Shown: positions 1 to 13,072, numbered from the stretch's first letter. The stretch: DNA of 64,000 nucleotides from a bacterium (GCA_965213625.1 CBDBZU010000004.1:32001-96000), one strand, 5' to 3'. The notes: generated by a model not told the origin, from the sequence alone. Made by a program: numbers and translations.

Positions 1-1926
<1,926 letters not shown>

Positions 1927-2264
1927 CGGGTCCTCAGGGTAGAGAACCGGTGGCGGCGCGTGTATCGGCCTCCTCCGCTCTCTGCGTTTTTACTCAGCGC
2001 CGGGGTTCCTCGTGACGTTCATTCCCCGGCGCCGAACGTATGACTCAACCGGAGATGAAGCATCAAGGGTTCGAACCTTTCTTGCAATCAGCAAGTGATT
2101 TTCGTCTGAAATTGCTACTTTAGTGTACTTCACCGCTCTACACTCAAAGTTTCAGGGGGGGGTGATTCCCTGGCTGTGGAAAATGTGCTCTCTAGTTATT
2201 CGAGCCAGACGGGCACATCCGATTCGGTACCGGATTCGGTGAAGGCGCTGGACATCATTGACCC

Positions 2265-3542
2265 TCAATGCTGGACCCAAGGCACGACTTCGGGTTGGTA
2301 AATTCCTTTATAGTTGTATGTTATTCGATTCGCATATTTTCCTTTGTACTCGAAGAGATTTAGCAAAAACAATTCAACATACCATTGCCCCAAATTCCAC
2401 GCTTGAAGATACGCCTCCAGAGAAACATTTTCACAGTTCATTTCAGAGTGGACGAGATCGTTGCGTAGGTCTGTCAAGATTGCCGGGCCGTCTAATTGGA
2501 GATTCACGTCCTTTAGATTTTGCAATGAATCAGGTATCGCACAGTCGATTTTCGATTGTTGCAGAACAGCCCGTATCATCTTCTCTTCGGCCTTTTTCTT
2601 TTGTTTTAATGATTTGTACTCTGATTGCGGTAATATTTGATTGGCCAAACGCACAAGAGCCGCTTGCGTCAAGATGATCCCGCTATATGGGTTGTTTGAC
2701 TCATTACTGCGTAGATACCAATAAAGTGCAATGCGGGTTGGATCGTCTTGAGCACCCGTCGCCTTCTTTATTTTGCGCCAAAATACCGGCCAAACCATAG
2801 AAAGTTCGCAATCATTGTTCTGCCGATGATCCAACCAGCAGGACAGACTATACCATGGGTAGGTTGAATAGGTTCCCCATTGCTCCCATCCTTTCTCGCC
2901 ATGTTCGTCAATGCCGACAATGAGGGTTATTCCGCAATTTCCGCCACGGGCGAACGACAAAAATAAATGGAGTACGTCTAGGAGCTTGTGCGCTTCTTCT
3001 GCGGAGAACGATTCGCCGTCCGAGCGCCGGATAGAACCCTCGTGGGTGAGAGCGAATCCGCTCTCTGCCTTCAATACTGTCTTGATGTTGAAGAGTTCTG
3101 GAAGCGGTTTGATTTCGATGCGCCACGGTTCTGCTTCCAGCAATGCGGGATTCCTCACCTGAGCCAAAGTTGAGAAATTGATGAGGTTGAATCTCACGGA
3201 CCGAAGATTTTCTCTAGTTTCAACAACGGTTACAGGTTGCCGGGTTGTCATCAGGCAACTACTTGGGACCTCACCCCTGACCCTCACTACCTCCGCTTCT
3301 ATTTCGGGGTTGACTGCCGTCTCGACATTGTGCGGCAGACGTAACTTGAGTCTCGTGCCTGGCCTACCCATGTTGGTTGTAGACAGGAGTAGGTCATAGG
3401 GTAGGGTAATTTCAATAAAAACTCTCGGGGTGGGCGAAAGCCGCATAGTTGCTTCTGCAGGCATGGACCGGGGTTTTTGACTGCCAAGCAAAACCTCTAT
3501 CTGGGTTTCGGTTAAAGGAATTGCGCAATTCACTTTATCCAT
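2265..3542 (-). CDS. Hypothetical protein with C-terminal HEPN-like motif (ApeA-like; candidate defence RNase)
   Basis: 425 aa, lower-GC ORF between hsdS and hsdR. Has an R-x4-H motif (LRNDLVH) in a helical C-terminal region. Confidence 0.6.
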   Translation of the reverse strand: MDKVNCAIPLTETQIEVLLGSQKPRSMPAEATMRLSPTPRVFIEITLPYDLLLSTTNMGRPGTRLKLRLPHNVETAVNPEIEAEVVRVRGEVPSSCLMTTRQPVTVVETRENLRSVRFNLINFSTLAQVRNPALLEAEPWRIEIKPLPELFNIKTVLKAESGFALTHEGSIRRSDGESFSAEEAHKLLDVLHLFLSFARGGNCGITLIVGIDEHGEKGWEQWGTYSTYPWYSLSCWLDHRQNNDCELSMVWPVFWRKIKKATGAQDDPTRIALYWYLRSNESNNPYSGIILTQAALVRLANQILPQSEYKSLKQKKKAEEKMIRAVLQQSKIDCAIPDSLQNLKDVNLQLDGPAILTDLRNDLVHSEMNCENVSLEAYLQAWNLGQWYVELFLLNLFEYKGKYANRITYNYKGIYQPEVVPWVQH

Positions 3543-3592
3543 TTGGATTCGCTCCCGCTAGCTTGATCACAACCCGTTCAAGTCAGAGAGAC

Positions 3593-5218
3593 TCATATGG
3601 CTGGGGCTATATCCTGATTTGTATGAGACATTCGCAACTCCCCCGATACCAGTTTCGGGAGCAGGGCATCGCGCAGAGCTATAAGAGTGCGGGACTGGTG
3701 GCAATTAGTAAAAATATGATCGGTTAACAAGCCTGAATGTTGGTTGAATGTGTGAAGAATCTCTCTAGAAGGTACGAGAAGTGGCAAACTACGTACTCCG
3801 GCTTGGTTGATCCCTGGCTGCGCTGAGTTTGAGTTCAGACTAATGATTTCTTGCGTCATCGAGTCCTGATCGAGCCAAAAGAACAAATATCGCTGTGCTT
3901 CTTTGTTACGTAGCCGGAGGATGAACACATGTTCGTTAACAGCACAATCTGAATAGGGAAACTCATAATCCAGATAAGTTTTCCGTCCTATGTATGCACC
4001 ATCTTTGTAAAGTAATATATCCCCCTTTTGCACTATGGCAGCTTTGGTCTTCAGCTTCTCGAAAAATTCTTTGGGTATGTATTTTGTCTTGGAAAAATCG
4101 TATTGCCCAAGACCAACCACATTTTCTGCCCCAATGCTGGGTATGCCAGTTTCAATTGCACCTCCCCTAGGACGTGCTCCAGAAACCAAACATTTCAGTT
4201 CCTCCCCGAGTGTTTTAACTTCCCACCCCTCCGGTATCTCGCCCAACTCCGAATCCACCAGGCGATCAGGAAAGAGGTCGGCGATGTTGCTGGGCAGGCC
4301 GGTGTCGCGGCCTTCCATCCTGGCGCGGACGGGGTCGAAATCGACGAACCAGGACTTGAACAGCGCGCGGGCCATCGCCTCCAGCGTCTCGTTCATCCGG
4401 CGGTTCAGTTCGATCTTGTCGTCCAGCGTACCCAGGATATGCGCGATGACGCGTTGTTCAGGGAGGGGGGGAGTAATCATACGAATGCGGTTCATATTAC
4501 CTTGTGTTAGCTTAGGCATCGTTGAACCAGTTAGATAGCCACTTATATCCAACGCCGATAACGCATACATTAAATATCGTGTATTCGCCTTGTGGTTACC
4601 TCGGAGGATATGGGCATGGTTATTGACCCAAAATTTTCCATTGGCGAGGAAAGTGATTGGCGTGTTTCGTGTCCGAAGGTTTTCTCCGTCTTCTGCGATG
4701 AGAAGATATTCTCCATTAAAAAGATAATCATCAATGTGATCAACAATTCCGGATTCGCCATAGTATGGGTAAGGACCGGCTTGCCTGTCTGCTTGCTTAA
4801 CGGGTACACGTATAGAATCAAAGTTGTCCGTCAGTTCGCCCAGTAAGCTCTCTAACCAGACACTATCTTCACGTGAATTACTTTCCCTTAATGGCTGGTC
4901 GTGTTCATTCACCAACACCACATAATCCCTTTCGATCACTTTCCGAAAACTCTCGGAGGTGCTCGCCCAGTCCACGACATCCACCTTGAACGGAAGGTCG
5001 GAATCGTCAAAACTTTCCGCCAAGGCCGAAGTTAGGTTCAGCGGTAAAGGCTCATCGCCCAGAACGGCGAGATCGAGATCGGAATAGTGCTTCGCGGTCC
5101 AAGTCACACGCGAACCGAAGGCCAGCACCTTGCGATCCGGAACGTGCCGTCGAAGGACGTCGCGCACGATGTCCATATGATCGGGGCGAAGGTCAAGGTT
5201 CGGGAGTTCCTTGCTCAT
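3593..5218 (-). CDS. hsdS: Fusion of minimal nucleotidyltransferase (MNT) and type I R-M specificity subunit
   Basis: N-terminal ~105 aa carry GS-x10-DxD (GSRVTWTAKHYSDLD). The rest has two TRDs with HsdS conserved spacers (PPLPEQRVIAHILGTLDDKIELN; LGEIPEGW; RDALLPKLVSGE). Confidence 0.9.
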   Translation of the reverse strand: MSKELPNLDLRPDHMDIVRDVLRRHVPDRKVLAFGSRVTWTAKHYSDLDLAVLGDEPLPLNLTSALAESFDDSDLPFKVDVVDWASTSESFRKVIERDYVVLVNEHDQPLRESNSREDSVWLESLLGELTDNFDSIRVPVKQADRQAGPYPYYGESGIVDHIDDYLFNGEYLLIAEDGENLRTRNTPITFLANGKFWVNNHAHILRGNHKANTRYLMYALSALDISGYLTGSTMPKLTQGNMNRIRMITPPLPEQRVIAHILGTLDDKIELNRRMNETLEAMARALFKSWFVDFDPVRARMEGRDTGLPSNIADLFPDRLVDSELGEIPEGWEVKTLGEELKCLVSGARPRGGAIETGIPSIGAENVVGLGQYDFSKTKYIPKEFFEKLKTKAAIVQKGDILLYKDGAYIGRKTYLDYEFPYSDCAVNEHVFILRLRNKEAQRYLFFWLDQDSMTQEIISLNSNSAQPGINQAGVRSLPLLVPSREILHTFNQHSGLLTDHIFTNCHQSRTLIALRDALLPKLVSGELRMSHTNQDIAPAI

Positions 5219-5628
5219 GCCAGACGTTCCCGCAGTTTACCGCAAAGATAGACCGCTTCTTCAAGAAAGCGAGGGATGCTCGCTACTACCTCGATTGCGG
5301 TATTCTCGTTATAGGTGTGACTGGTTTTCGTGCGCATATCGCGGAAGACGCGCCAACTCGGCCAGTCTCCCAACAGCAGGCCCTGCTCGTTTCCCGTACG
5401 GATCATGTTCTGAAACGTCATCTCATCGAATTGTTCCGGATTCGCCGAAGCATACTCGAGATAGCGTTTGAGAACCTTGTGTCCCAGCTCGTAGGTGAAT
5501 TCGAAACGCTGAATCAGGCCGTCTCGAATCTGGGTATCACTCGTATCGGCCTGATAACGCGTCAACCCTTCTTCGAGGCGCTGGATCGCCTTTTCGAAGG
5601 GCGTAATTTCGGGTTTATCATAAGGCAT
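5215..5628 (-). CDS. HEPN-domain nucleotidyltransferase substrate-binding protein (HI0074 family; HepT-like toxin)
   Basis: RDGLIQRFEFTYEL and R-x4-H-x-Y (RTKTSHTY). Overlaps the start of the MNT-hsdS ORF by 4 nt. Confidence 0.88.
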   Translation of the reverse strand: MPYDKPEITPFEKAIQRLEEGLTRYQADTSDTQIRDGLIQRFEFTYELGHKVLKRYLEYASANPEQFDEMTFQNMIRTGNEQGLLLGDWPSWRVFRDMRTKTSHTYNENTAIEVVASIPRFLEEAVYLCGKLRERLA

Positions 5629-5629
5629 G

Positions 5630-7201
5630 TCAGTCTCCGCTCCAGAAGCCGAGCTCAGTCAGGTTTCGTGAGATCGCCGTATCCAGCCTAGCGCCTTCCG
5701 CCTGCTGTTCCCGAAGCTGCGCGACAAGACGCTTCATCTTCTTCTCGAACGGCTCGCCGTCGTCTTCTTTCGCCTCGGCGCCCACGTAGCGGCCGGGTGT
5801 CAGCACGTGTCCGTGCTTGCGAATTTCGTCCATCGCCGTGCTTTTGCAGAAGCCGGGAACGTCGGCGTATTCCTTCGCATCTTCACCGCCGCGCCAGGCA
5901 TGGTAGGCACCGGCGACCCGTGCGATGTCTTCTTCCGTCAGCTCGCGGTGGGTGCGGTCGACCATGCGGCCCAGCTTGCGCGCGTCGATGCAGAGGATTT
6001 CGCCGCTTCGCCTTCGGTCCCGCGCTAGGAACCACAGGCATGCGGGAATCGGCGTCGAATAGAAAAGCTGCCCCGGCAGAGCGACCATGCAGTCCACGAG
6101 TTCCGCCTCGATCAGGCTCTTGCGAATCCCGCCCTCGCCCGACTGGTTGGAAGACATAGAGCCGTTGGCCAGGACGAAACCGGCAGCGCCGCCCGGCGCC
6201 AGGTGATGCACCATGTGCTGCACCCAGGCGAAGTTGGCGTTGCCCTTGGGCGGGACGCCGTATCGCCATCGCGCATCGTCCGTGAGCCGCTCGCCGCCCC
6301 AGTCCGAGACGTTGAAGGGGGGATTGGCGAGTATGAAATCCGCCTTGAGATCAGGATGGCGGTCGTTGTGGAAACTGTCCCCATGGGCGATCTGCCCTTC
6401 GATGCCGCGAATGGCGAGGTTCATCTTCGCGAGCCGCCAAGTCGTGTAGTTCGATTCTTGGCCGTAGATCGAGATGTCGCCGCGCGCCTTTCCAGCATTG
6501 CCGTTGCCACTGGTGTGCGCGTCGATGAACTCGACCGATTGCACGAACATGCCCGAGGAGCCGCAACATGGGTCATAGACGCGGCCCCGGTAGGGCCCCA
6601 GCATCTCTACCAGGAGCCTGACGACGCAGCGCGGGGTGTAGAATTCCCCGCCCTTCTTCCCCTCGGCGCTCGCGAACTCTGACAGGAAATACTCGTAGAC
6701 GCGGCCGAGAACGTCCTTAGAGCGGGCGTCCGCGTCGCCCACCCGGATGTTGCTGATGAGGTTGATCAGTTGCCCGAGGCGTTCCTTGTCAAGCGCGGGG
6801 CGGGCGTAGTCCTTGGGCAGTACGTCCTTGACCGCCGGGTTCTCGCGCTCGATAGCCGCCATGGCGCCATCGACGATTTGGCCGATAGCGGGTTGCGGCG
6901 CCTGGGTCTTGAGAATCTCCCAGCGCGCCTCGCGCGGCACCCAGAAGATGTTCTCGGCGCGGTATTCGTCCGGGTCTTCGGGGTCCGCGCCATCGGCCCG
7001 TTCGGCTTCTAGGCGAGCGTGTCTTTCCTCGAAGGCGTCCGAGATGTATTTCAGAAAAATGAGACCCAGTACGACGTGCTTGTATTCGGCCGCATCCATC
7101 GAGCCGCGGAGGGTGTCGGCCATCTGCCAAAGTTCTCGCTCATAGCCCGTTATGGCTCCGCTACCTGGTTCCTGAGTTTTTTTCGATGTTTTTCGCGCCA
7201 T
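5630..7201 (-). CDS. hsdM: Type I R-M N6-adenine methyltransferase subunit M
   Basis: Motif I (YDPCCGSSG), motif IV (NPPF), GEFYTP. Start placed at ATG 7201 behind a GAAGGGG RBS; the ORF track extends to 7261. Confidence 0.95.
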   Translation of the reverse strand: MARKTSKKTQEPGSGAITGYERELWQMADTLRGSMDAAEYKHVVLGLIFLKYISDAFEERHARLEAERADGADPEDPDEYRAENIFWVPREARWEILKTQAPQPAIGQIVDGAMAAIERENPAVKDVLPKDYARPALDKERLGQLINLISNIRVGDADARSKDVLGRVYEYFLSEFASAEGKKGGEFYTPRCVVRLLVEMLGPYRGRVYDPCCGSSGMFVQSVEFIDAHTSGNGNAGKARGDISIYGQESNYTTWRLAKMNLAIRGIEGQIAHGDSFHNDRHPDLKADFILANPPFNVSDWGGERLTDDARWRYGVPPKGNANFAWVQHMVHHLAPGGAAGFVLANGSMSSNQSGEGGIRKSLIEAELVDCMVALPGQLFYSTPIPACLWFLARDRRRSGEILCIDARKLGRMVDRTHRELTEEDIARVAGAYHAWRGGEDAKEYADVPGFCKSTAMDEIRKHGHVLTPGRYVGAEAKEDDGEPFEKKMKRLVAQLREQQAEGARLDTAISRNLTELGFWSGD

Positions 7202-7311
7202 GGCCCCTTCATTCCAAATGAATTTTACGTCGTCGTCCGCCATAAAGTAGAGGCCGGGCAACGCTCATTAAATACTAAACGACAAGTAAATCCTCATTTT
7301 CTATCTTACAA

Positions 7312-8370
7312 CTATACAGTTGACAGTTGATGCTCTGGATACGAGAAAAGGAGAAAAGGCTCGCTTTTTCTGCAATACGTGCACCGAAATCTCGACATCA
7401 GTAACATGTTGAGAGCATTATACAGTGTGATCTTGCATTTCGTGGAGCATCTTGAGCAGCTAGGAGATGTAGATAAGAGTTTTTCAAAATTTGATAACGC
7501 ATGGTGCTCGTTCGGTTCATTGATTAATTCATACGAGAACATAGTCCTGATATGGAAAATACGGCTGGAAGTTTCACCCATTGCTTCCATCCTATTAATA
7601 ACCCCGATAATCAGATGAGAAGTGAACAGTAGAAGATATGGGAGATTTTGGTAAATCAAATCATAAATATCATCATCAAAGGGGTTCTTGAATATGAAAT
7701 TAAAATTTCTGAAGCGGTTCGAAGTTCAGCTTTCCAAGTTGTTACCAACTGAGCCGCATGCTGGAAAAATTATTGGAACCCGTTTTCATTTCCCTTGTTG
7801 TTGATCGTATCTTCTATATACTCTGAGTCAAACAAATAATAATGCTCAAGATTTTTTATCGTCTTCGAGTAAATCTGTTTGCGTTCTGTACCCAGCGCAC
7901 TTAATGCAAGAATATTTGGAGCACCTTTTGTGAATTGAAGGTGAAATTCATCGGGGTTTCCATACATCCATGACAAGTAAAGCAAGTTCTCTACCAGAGG
8001 TTTTCTCAACAAATTGAATCCCACTACACATTTTCGTTTCTCAAAACATCGCAGTGCTTCATACACATGGTGCAGGCAATCAGAGATCATCGCTATGGAA
8101 ATGGTATTTTAAAACAACTTTCTTGGAGGCGTTGGCATATCGAAGTTCTCGCAGAGCCCCGATTGAATCGGTATGATTGCATAGTTCTTCGTATCTCTCG
8201 AATTCCGCTTGGTTCTTAAATTATTTCGTTTCCAAATGAGCGCCAGCTTGTTCACATTCGACCAGAGCACGTGTGTTCTCATCATGCAAGAAAAAGCAAA
8301 GTTCATGGCATACTCGGACTTTCTCGGGGATATTTTGCAACCTGCTTCGTGGAATTAGTCAAATTCTCAT
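7312..8370 (-). pseudogene. Fragmented AT-rich hypothetical gene
   Basis: Co-directional short ORFs 8109-8306, 7770-8090 and 7312-7659 in different frames that read like one frameshifted protein. Low GC. Boundaries approximate. Confidence 0.5.
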
Positions 8371-8817
8371 CATTCCAGTGACCCAGGACGACATTTTTTC
8401 TGTCGGTTCAATTCTAAGAGTCCCTTCAGGACTTCATTGTCTGAAATCTCCTCATCCCAACCATACGTCCCCGCAATGGTTGCATCAAGCGTGGCGTGGG
8501 CGTCGGCGAGCCATTGCCAGAGGACGTTTTAGAGGTAGGTGAGGTGCGGGCTAGATATCCCTTGCCGCCACTCAGGGCAGCGGACCGTGCACACCGAAAT
8601 TGGACTTGCCCCTGTTTACAATTTTCTTGCTGTGGTGATGAAATGGGTTGAAAAACGGTTGGACCTATCTGGAGCGAACTCGTGTCCCGGTCTGTGTCTC
8701 CCGTTTCTGATCGCCGAAACTGTCTCGGAGCTTGGTAGATCACGGAAGTGGCGGAGTGTGATCTAGTTGTTAAATCTAGACAATTGTCTCGACAACTGAC
8801 AGCTCCTCAATTGCAAT

Positions 8818-9156
8818 TTAGCATTGTTTTTTCGGTAATTCAGGTGCGATTTCGGAGATATCCCGTCTGATTTGCTCGATATCAACATCGTGTCCGGCCT
8901 TTTCCATGTCACGGATTATGGCCTGCGCGGTGAACATGGCAGAGCGTAACAGGTGGATTTCCGCCTCCGTTCGGGGCCATTCTTGTCCCTCGATGGCCTC
9001 AAGCGCCGCTGAGATCATGAGCTGGTTCGGTGAAATCCCCCTCTTGTGCGCCTCTTTTTCAATCCGTTTCCAGTGATCTTCATCGACCCTGATGTGCTTG
9101 TTGATCGTTTTTTCCATGCCGTTTTCCCTCGTTTTGCACTCTGAATTGTCGTTCAT
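8818..9156 (-). CDS. Ribbon-helix-helix-like DNA-binding protein (copy 1)
   Basis: KHIRVDEDHWKRIEKEAHKRGISPNQLM resembles an RHH fold. Shares EWPRTEAEIHLLRSAMFTAQ with the 23237-23517 paralog. Confidence 0.65.
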   Translation of the reverse strand: MNDNSECKTRENGMEKTINKHIRVDEDHWKRIEKEAHKRGISPNQLMISAALEAIEGQEWPRTEAEIHLLRSAMFTAQAIIRDMEKAGHDVDIEQIRRDISEIAPELPKKQC

Positions 9157-9766
9157 GTGAGATGTTTCCGGCTCCCGCCGGCGCCTTTTGGAAGCCGAAA
9201 AGGCGTACGCATACCGGATTCTCTGGCCAGTAAATGCTGGTCGATTACAGCCATGGGCATCTGTGTCTTGCGTCGCATTTGCGACGGATGACGGGAGAGA
9301 TCATATTCGAGCGCATCTTCGTCCGTATGCTGATCGACATTCGGTCCGGAAATCCCTGTGTTACACCGTGTTACAGACGTATCTCATATGACATGCGCCA
9401 TTTTTCAAGTGCAGGAATTTCAAGGGGATACGAGCGCCACCAGAGTGGTATTACTTTTTCTGGTATGAAGGAGGCGGGAATTGGCGTCGTTTGAGCAAGG
9501 AACTGTATGCCAAGCGCGCGCCTGGACTGCACCTGCACCGAGGTGCGTTCCGGTGTGCAATCCGAAGCGCCGAAGGGCGGCTAACGGCGGATTCTTGGGA
9601 ACGAACGACAGGGGAATTTTCGCCGGAGAGAATGGCGAGCGGGAGCCGCAGCGGCGATTGAGCGTGGAGACGAGTGGAGTATGCGAGGAAGAGCAGCGGA
9701 ACGAACGAGGGGAAAACCGGGCCGCGCCGACCTGCTGCTGTCGACGCGACCCGTTGAGCGTTTACG

Positions 9767-10717
9767 TCACGCTACTTTCTGGACGGGAATACCGAGGGTT
9801 TTAGCTTTGTCGACGAGGTTGTCGGTGATGCCGCTGCCTGGGAACGCGATCACGCCCTTGGGCAGGAGGTTGAGGAGTTCGTCGTTGCGCCGGAAGGGAG
9901 CGGCCCGTCCGTGGGCATCCCAATCCGGCTTGCAGACGACCTGGTGGACGCCGTTTCTCTCGGCCCATCCCGCCGCTATCTTCTCCGCACCGGGGCCGCC
10001 GCCGTGGACGAGAACGACGTCGGCGTATTTGGCCTTGAGGCGGTCGAGGTGCGCGATGATTTTCCCCGCATCGTTCGCCTCCTTGCCACCCGCGACGGCG
10101 ACGAGGGTTCCCTGGGGAAGATGAGCCGTGTTCTCGCGGTCCTTTCTGGCGCGCTGGAAGTCGCGCGCCTCGATGACGGCGGAGGTGAGCTTGCCGGTCT
10201 GGCTGACGTGCGATCCTCGCCTCGGCCGCCATACCTCGCCGGTCAGGTCGCGGTAGGCCTCTGCGGCGGTGTCCCTGAGTCCCTCGAAGGCGTCCCTGCG
10301 TTCCGTGAGATTGTTGGCCCGGTCGGTCATGAGTTCTAGTTCACGCGAGCGGATCTCGGAGCCGTCCTGCTCGCGCTGCAGTTCGCGGATGCCGGGGATG
10401 AGTTTGTCGGCGGCGCGGTCGAGCCTTTGTGTCTGGGCGTCCAGGGCGTTGACGAAGCCCCAGAGAAGGTTTCTTCGCTCATCCGCAAGTTGCGTTCCGT
10501 CGGGCGCTGCTTCCGCGAGTGCGCCGAAGGCCTTGATGACGGCGGCGGTGGCCTCGCCCTCGTCCCACACGGGGCGGTTGTCGAACTCATCCGGCCCTGG
10601 CGTGGCGCCGAAAAGCGCTGCCTGCTCGCAGACCATGGCGGTGAAAGATTCGTTCTGCGCTTCGTGTTCCGTGTGCTCGTTCATGTTCATCTCCTTGTGG
10701 TCGTGTATAGCGGTCAT
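9767..10717 (-). CDS. DUF2493 / YspA-like SLOG-domain protein (copy 1)
   Basis: C-terminal VLVHGGGPGAEKIAAGWAERNGV...AAPFRRN...IAFPGSGIT pattern typical of plasmid/ICE SLOG proteins. Confidence 0.85.
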   Translation of the reverse strand: MTAIHDHKEMNMNEHTEHEAQNESFTAMVCEQAALFGATPGPDEFDNRPVWDEGEATAAVIKAFGALAEAAPDGTQLADERRNLLWGFVNALDAQTQRLDRAADKLIPGIRELQREQDGSEIRSRELELMTDRANNLTERRDAFEGLRDTAAEAYRDLTGEVWRPRRGSHVSQTGKLTSAVIEARDFQRARKDRENTAHLPQGTLVAVAGGKEANDAGKIIAHLDRLKAKYADVVLVHGGGPGAEKIAAGWAERNGVHQVVCKPDWDAHGRAAPFRRNDELLNLLPKGVIAFPGSGITDNLVDKAKTLGIPVQKVA

Positions 10718-10738
10718 GGTTCACTCCTTTGGTAGTCC

Positions 10739-11110
10739 TCAAGCGAGGGGATGGTCGAATTCGGGAAGAGCGTATCCACGCTCGTTGCGCCCCACTTCCC
10801 TGGGCATCTCGTCGAGATACCCGGCTGCCCATTCAGCGGCGCGGGCGAGGACGTCGCCGTGGCACGGGAGGGGCCGGCAGTGGCAGCCGAGCTCGCAGCC
10901 CTGGAGGTCGGCGAGTTCGTAGAGGTTGACCTCCTCATTCTGGATTTTTCTCCACAGCCATTGGCGGTATTTCTCGATGACGTCGTCGCGGTCGCCGTCG
11001 GCGCCGAGCCGGAAGGGATTCCCCCACTTCGTCATGCGGTCGATCCTCACCAGCAGGCCGCTGCCGTTTTCTGCAACGTAGTCGTTCAAGTTCACCACGG
11101 TGGTATCCAT
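10739..11110 (-). CDS. DUF4326 domain protein (copy 1)
   Basis: R-x-TKWGNPF, LGCHCRPLPCHGDVL signature; GGAGA RBS. Confidence 0.85.
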   Translation of the reverse strand: MDTTVVNLNDYVAENGSGLLVRIDRMTKWGNPFRLGADGDRDDVIEKYRQWLWRKIQNEEVNLYELADLQGCELGCHCRPLPCHGDVLARAAEWAAGYLDEMPREVGRNERGYALPEFDHPLA

Positions 11111-11144
11111 GCCTTTCTCCTTTCCAGAGAGTTAACGGATGCGT

Positions 11145-11340
11145 TTCTTGGCGTCCCATTTTCAGCACGTGCTAGGCGTGGGCGTCAGGGGCGGTTTTCA
11201 GTCTTTTTTTCACCCGGAGGGCGCGCAGCGGAAAAAATCCATGCTCCACCGATTTTTTCTGAAAAAAAGATGCTTTTGCGTTATTTGCAAAAGCACCCTT
11301 GACCCCGCGCCGTGCGTGCTAAAATGAGGACGCTAAGAGA
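11145..11340 (-). promoter_or_regulatory. Long fold-back structure, candidate Frpo-type single-stranded DNA promoter (copy 1)
   Basis: Imperfect ~50-nt terminal inverted arms enclose inner hairpins. One arm carries TTGACC (11299-11304) and TG-c-TAAAAT (TAAAAT at 11320-11325). Confidence 0.55.
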
Positions 11341-11662
11341 GAGACACTAGTACCGTCACCGGGACACAAGAGTTTCTGGTGTTTCACGATGAAGGCGAAG
11401 CTCATCGGGAAACAATCTCTCATGCTGCGGAAAGGGTCATTTCGGGCCGTTATTCGGCCCGGAATTCCCGCAGCGGGGGGTGGACCGAGCCACTGTCTTG
11501 AGCATGGAATGATCGCAGGCGCAAGCCGATCTTCCGTGAACATGGTTTATCGTTCACGGAACCGGAGGCTATCGAGGTGTTCCCGGTAGACGAGAGAAGC
11601 CTACAGGGAGGGAAAGGCGCGGGCGCTTCGGCGGTGGACTTCCTCCGGACAACGGGCATAAG

Positions 11663-11698
11663 AAAAGGGGTCGACGCGCGTGATGGCGCCGACCCCTT
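11663..11698 (-). terminator. Rho-independent terminator after ssb (copy 1)
   Basis: Stem AAGGGGTCG...CGACCCCTT followed by a U-run on the minus strand. Confidence 0.65.
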
Positions 11699-11706
11699 GT
11701 GAGCAC

Positions 11707-12132
11707 TTAAAACCGGATGTCCTCCTCCTCACCCCCGACCCCTGCGGCGACGGGCACGCCGTTGCCGTTGTTGTTCCCGTTCGCCTTGTCCAAAAACTGG
11801 ACGACCCCGCCGGGTGCTACGAGTATCTCGGTCGAGAAGCGTTCCGAATCCTCCTCGTCCTTCTTCCAGCGACGGGTCTGGAGCTTGCCCGCGACGTAGA
11901 CCAGACGGCCTTTCTTCGCGTGCCGCTCGAACATGTCCACCAGGCCGGGCTGGAAGGTCACGATCCTATGCCACTCCGTTTTCTCCACCCTCTCACCGGA
12001 TTGCTTGTCCACGTAGCCCTCATCGGTGGCGATGGATAGATTTGCGACGCGTCCCCCGCTCGCGAGATGGTTGATGGTGACGTCGGCGCCTAAGCGCCCG
12101 ATCAGTTCCGCACGGTTCAGTCCGAATGCCAT
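11707..12132 (-). CDS. ssb: Single-stranded DNA-binding protein
   Basis: LNRAELIGRLGAD, TEWHRIV, VYVAGKLQTRRW, acidic tail EEEDIRF; AAGGAG RBS. Confidence 0.93.
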   Translation of the reverse strand: MAFGLNRAELIGRLGADVTINHLASGGRVANLSIATDEGYVDKQSGERVEKTEWHRIVTFQPGLVDMFERHAKKGRLVYVAGKLQTRRWKKDEEDSERFSTEILVAPGGVVQFLDKANGNNNGNGVPVAAGVGGEEEDIRF

Positions 12133-12546
12133 TTTGTTACTCCTTGAAGTGTAGTGTGGATGATAAAGTCGAGGAGCCGGAAATCCTCTCTCCCCGACCC
12201 CCCCCGTTCGTCCTAAACGCTACAAAACTCCACTTCGCCGTCCGCCTCGGCGCGCAGCTTGCGGATCGTGTACGCATCGAGTCCGAGTTCTGCGAGCAAC
12301 TCATCCGCGGTGGGAACGTCGACGTCGTAGTCGTTCTCGTACATGGCCGTGCCTCCTCTCGGGTTGTCCCCGGCGGCGGGAACTGGAGACCGTCTCCCTC
12401 CCCCCTACCGGGTATTTGCCCGGCTCTCCGCTTCCCTTTCACTCTCGAGAGGAGGTTCTCACCCGGCGGGAACCACTCGCGCAAGGTGTTTGCCTTTACC
12501 GCGGATTCGTGTCAGACAGCGCACGGAGGTGAGGAAGGGAGGAGGT

Positions 12547-12954
12547 ATGGAACGACTCAAGCTCTGGTTGCCGGCGCTGCTGTGGCTGCCTGCGGGGATT
12601 ATCGCAGAGGAGGTTCTGCGCACCGGGTCAATGGAGGGTGCAGATACGCTGCTTGACGTCCTGGAGTTGCTGCCCGCCGCTCCGTGCGGCATCCCCCTCG
12701 CGCTCGCCTGCCGGCGACTTGCCCGCTCGGGCTATCCGGGTCCCTCCCTGGTGGCGTGGTTGCTACTCGGCGCGGCCTCTGTGATGGGCTTCCTCGGTCC
12801 GCTCCCCGTGGGCGTTCAGGCGCTCCTGGTCTCTTTTCCGGTATGGATGGCGGTGTGGCGCCTCGAGCGTCGGCCCCGCGGCCCGGGATTCGCCCCTTCG
12901 TCAAGGCGGCCGGGGCGCGGGAGGTCTCAGGGGCCGTACCGCCCCTGGTCCTGA
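12547..12954 (+). CDS. Small membrane protein
   Basis: GGAGG RBS before ATG 12547; several hydrophobic segments. Confidence 0.55.
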   Translation: MERLKLWLPALLWLPAGIIAEEVLRTGSMEGADTLLDVLELLPAAPCGIPLALACRRLARSGYPGPSLVAWLLLGAASVMGFLGPLPVGVQALLVSFPVWMAVWRLERRPRGPGFAPSSRRPGRGRSQGPYRPWS

Positions 12955-13072
12955 GGCCCCGCGGAGACGTCCGATACAGGTCGACTCCCCCCGTCGAAGC
13001 CTCCCGCAGGAATCCAGACGCCGTGGGGCCGGCTGCGGAGCAGGTCGGCGTCGGCGGCACGTGCAGGCGCGC

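Larger units (their letters stand above)
9551..12048. repeat. Arm 1 of a ~2.5 kb inverted duplication (partner 20330-22840)
   Basis: ssb, intergenic DNA, DUF4326 and DUF2493 are nearly identical to the opposite-strand copy. Confidence 0.92.
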
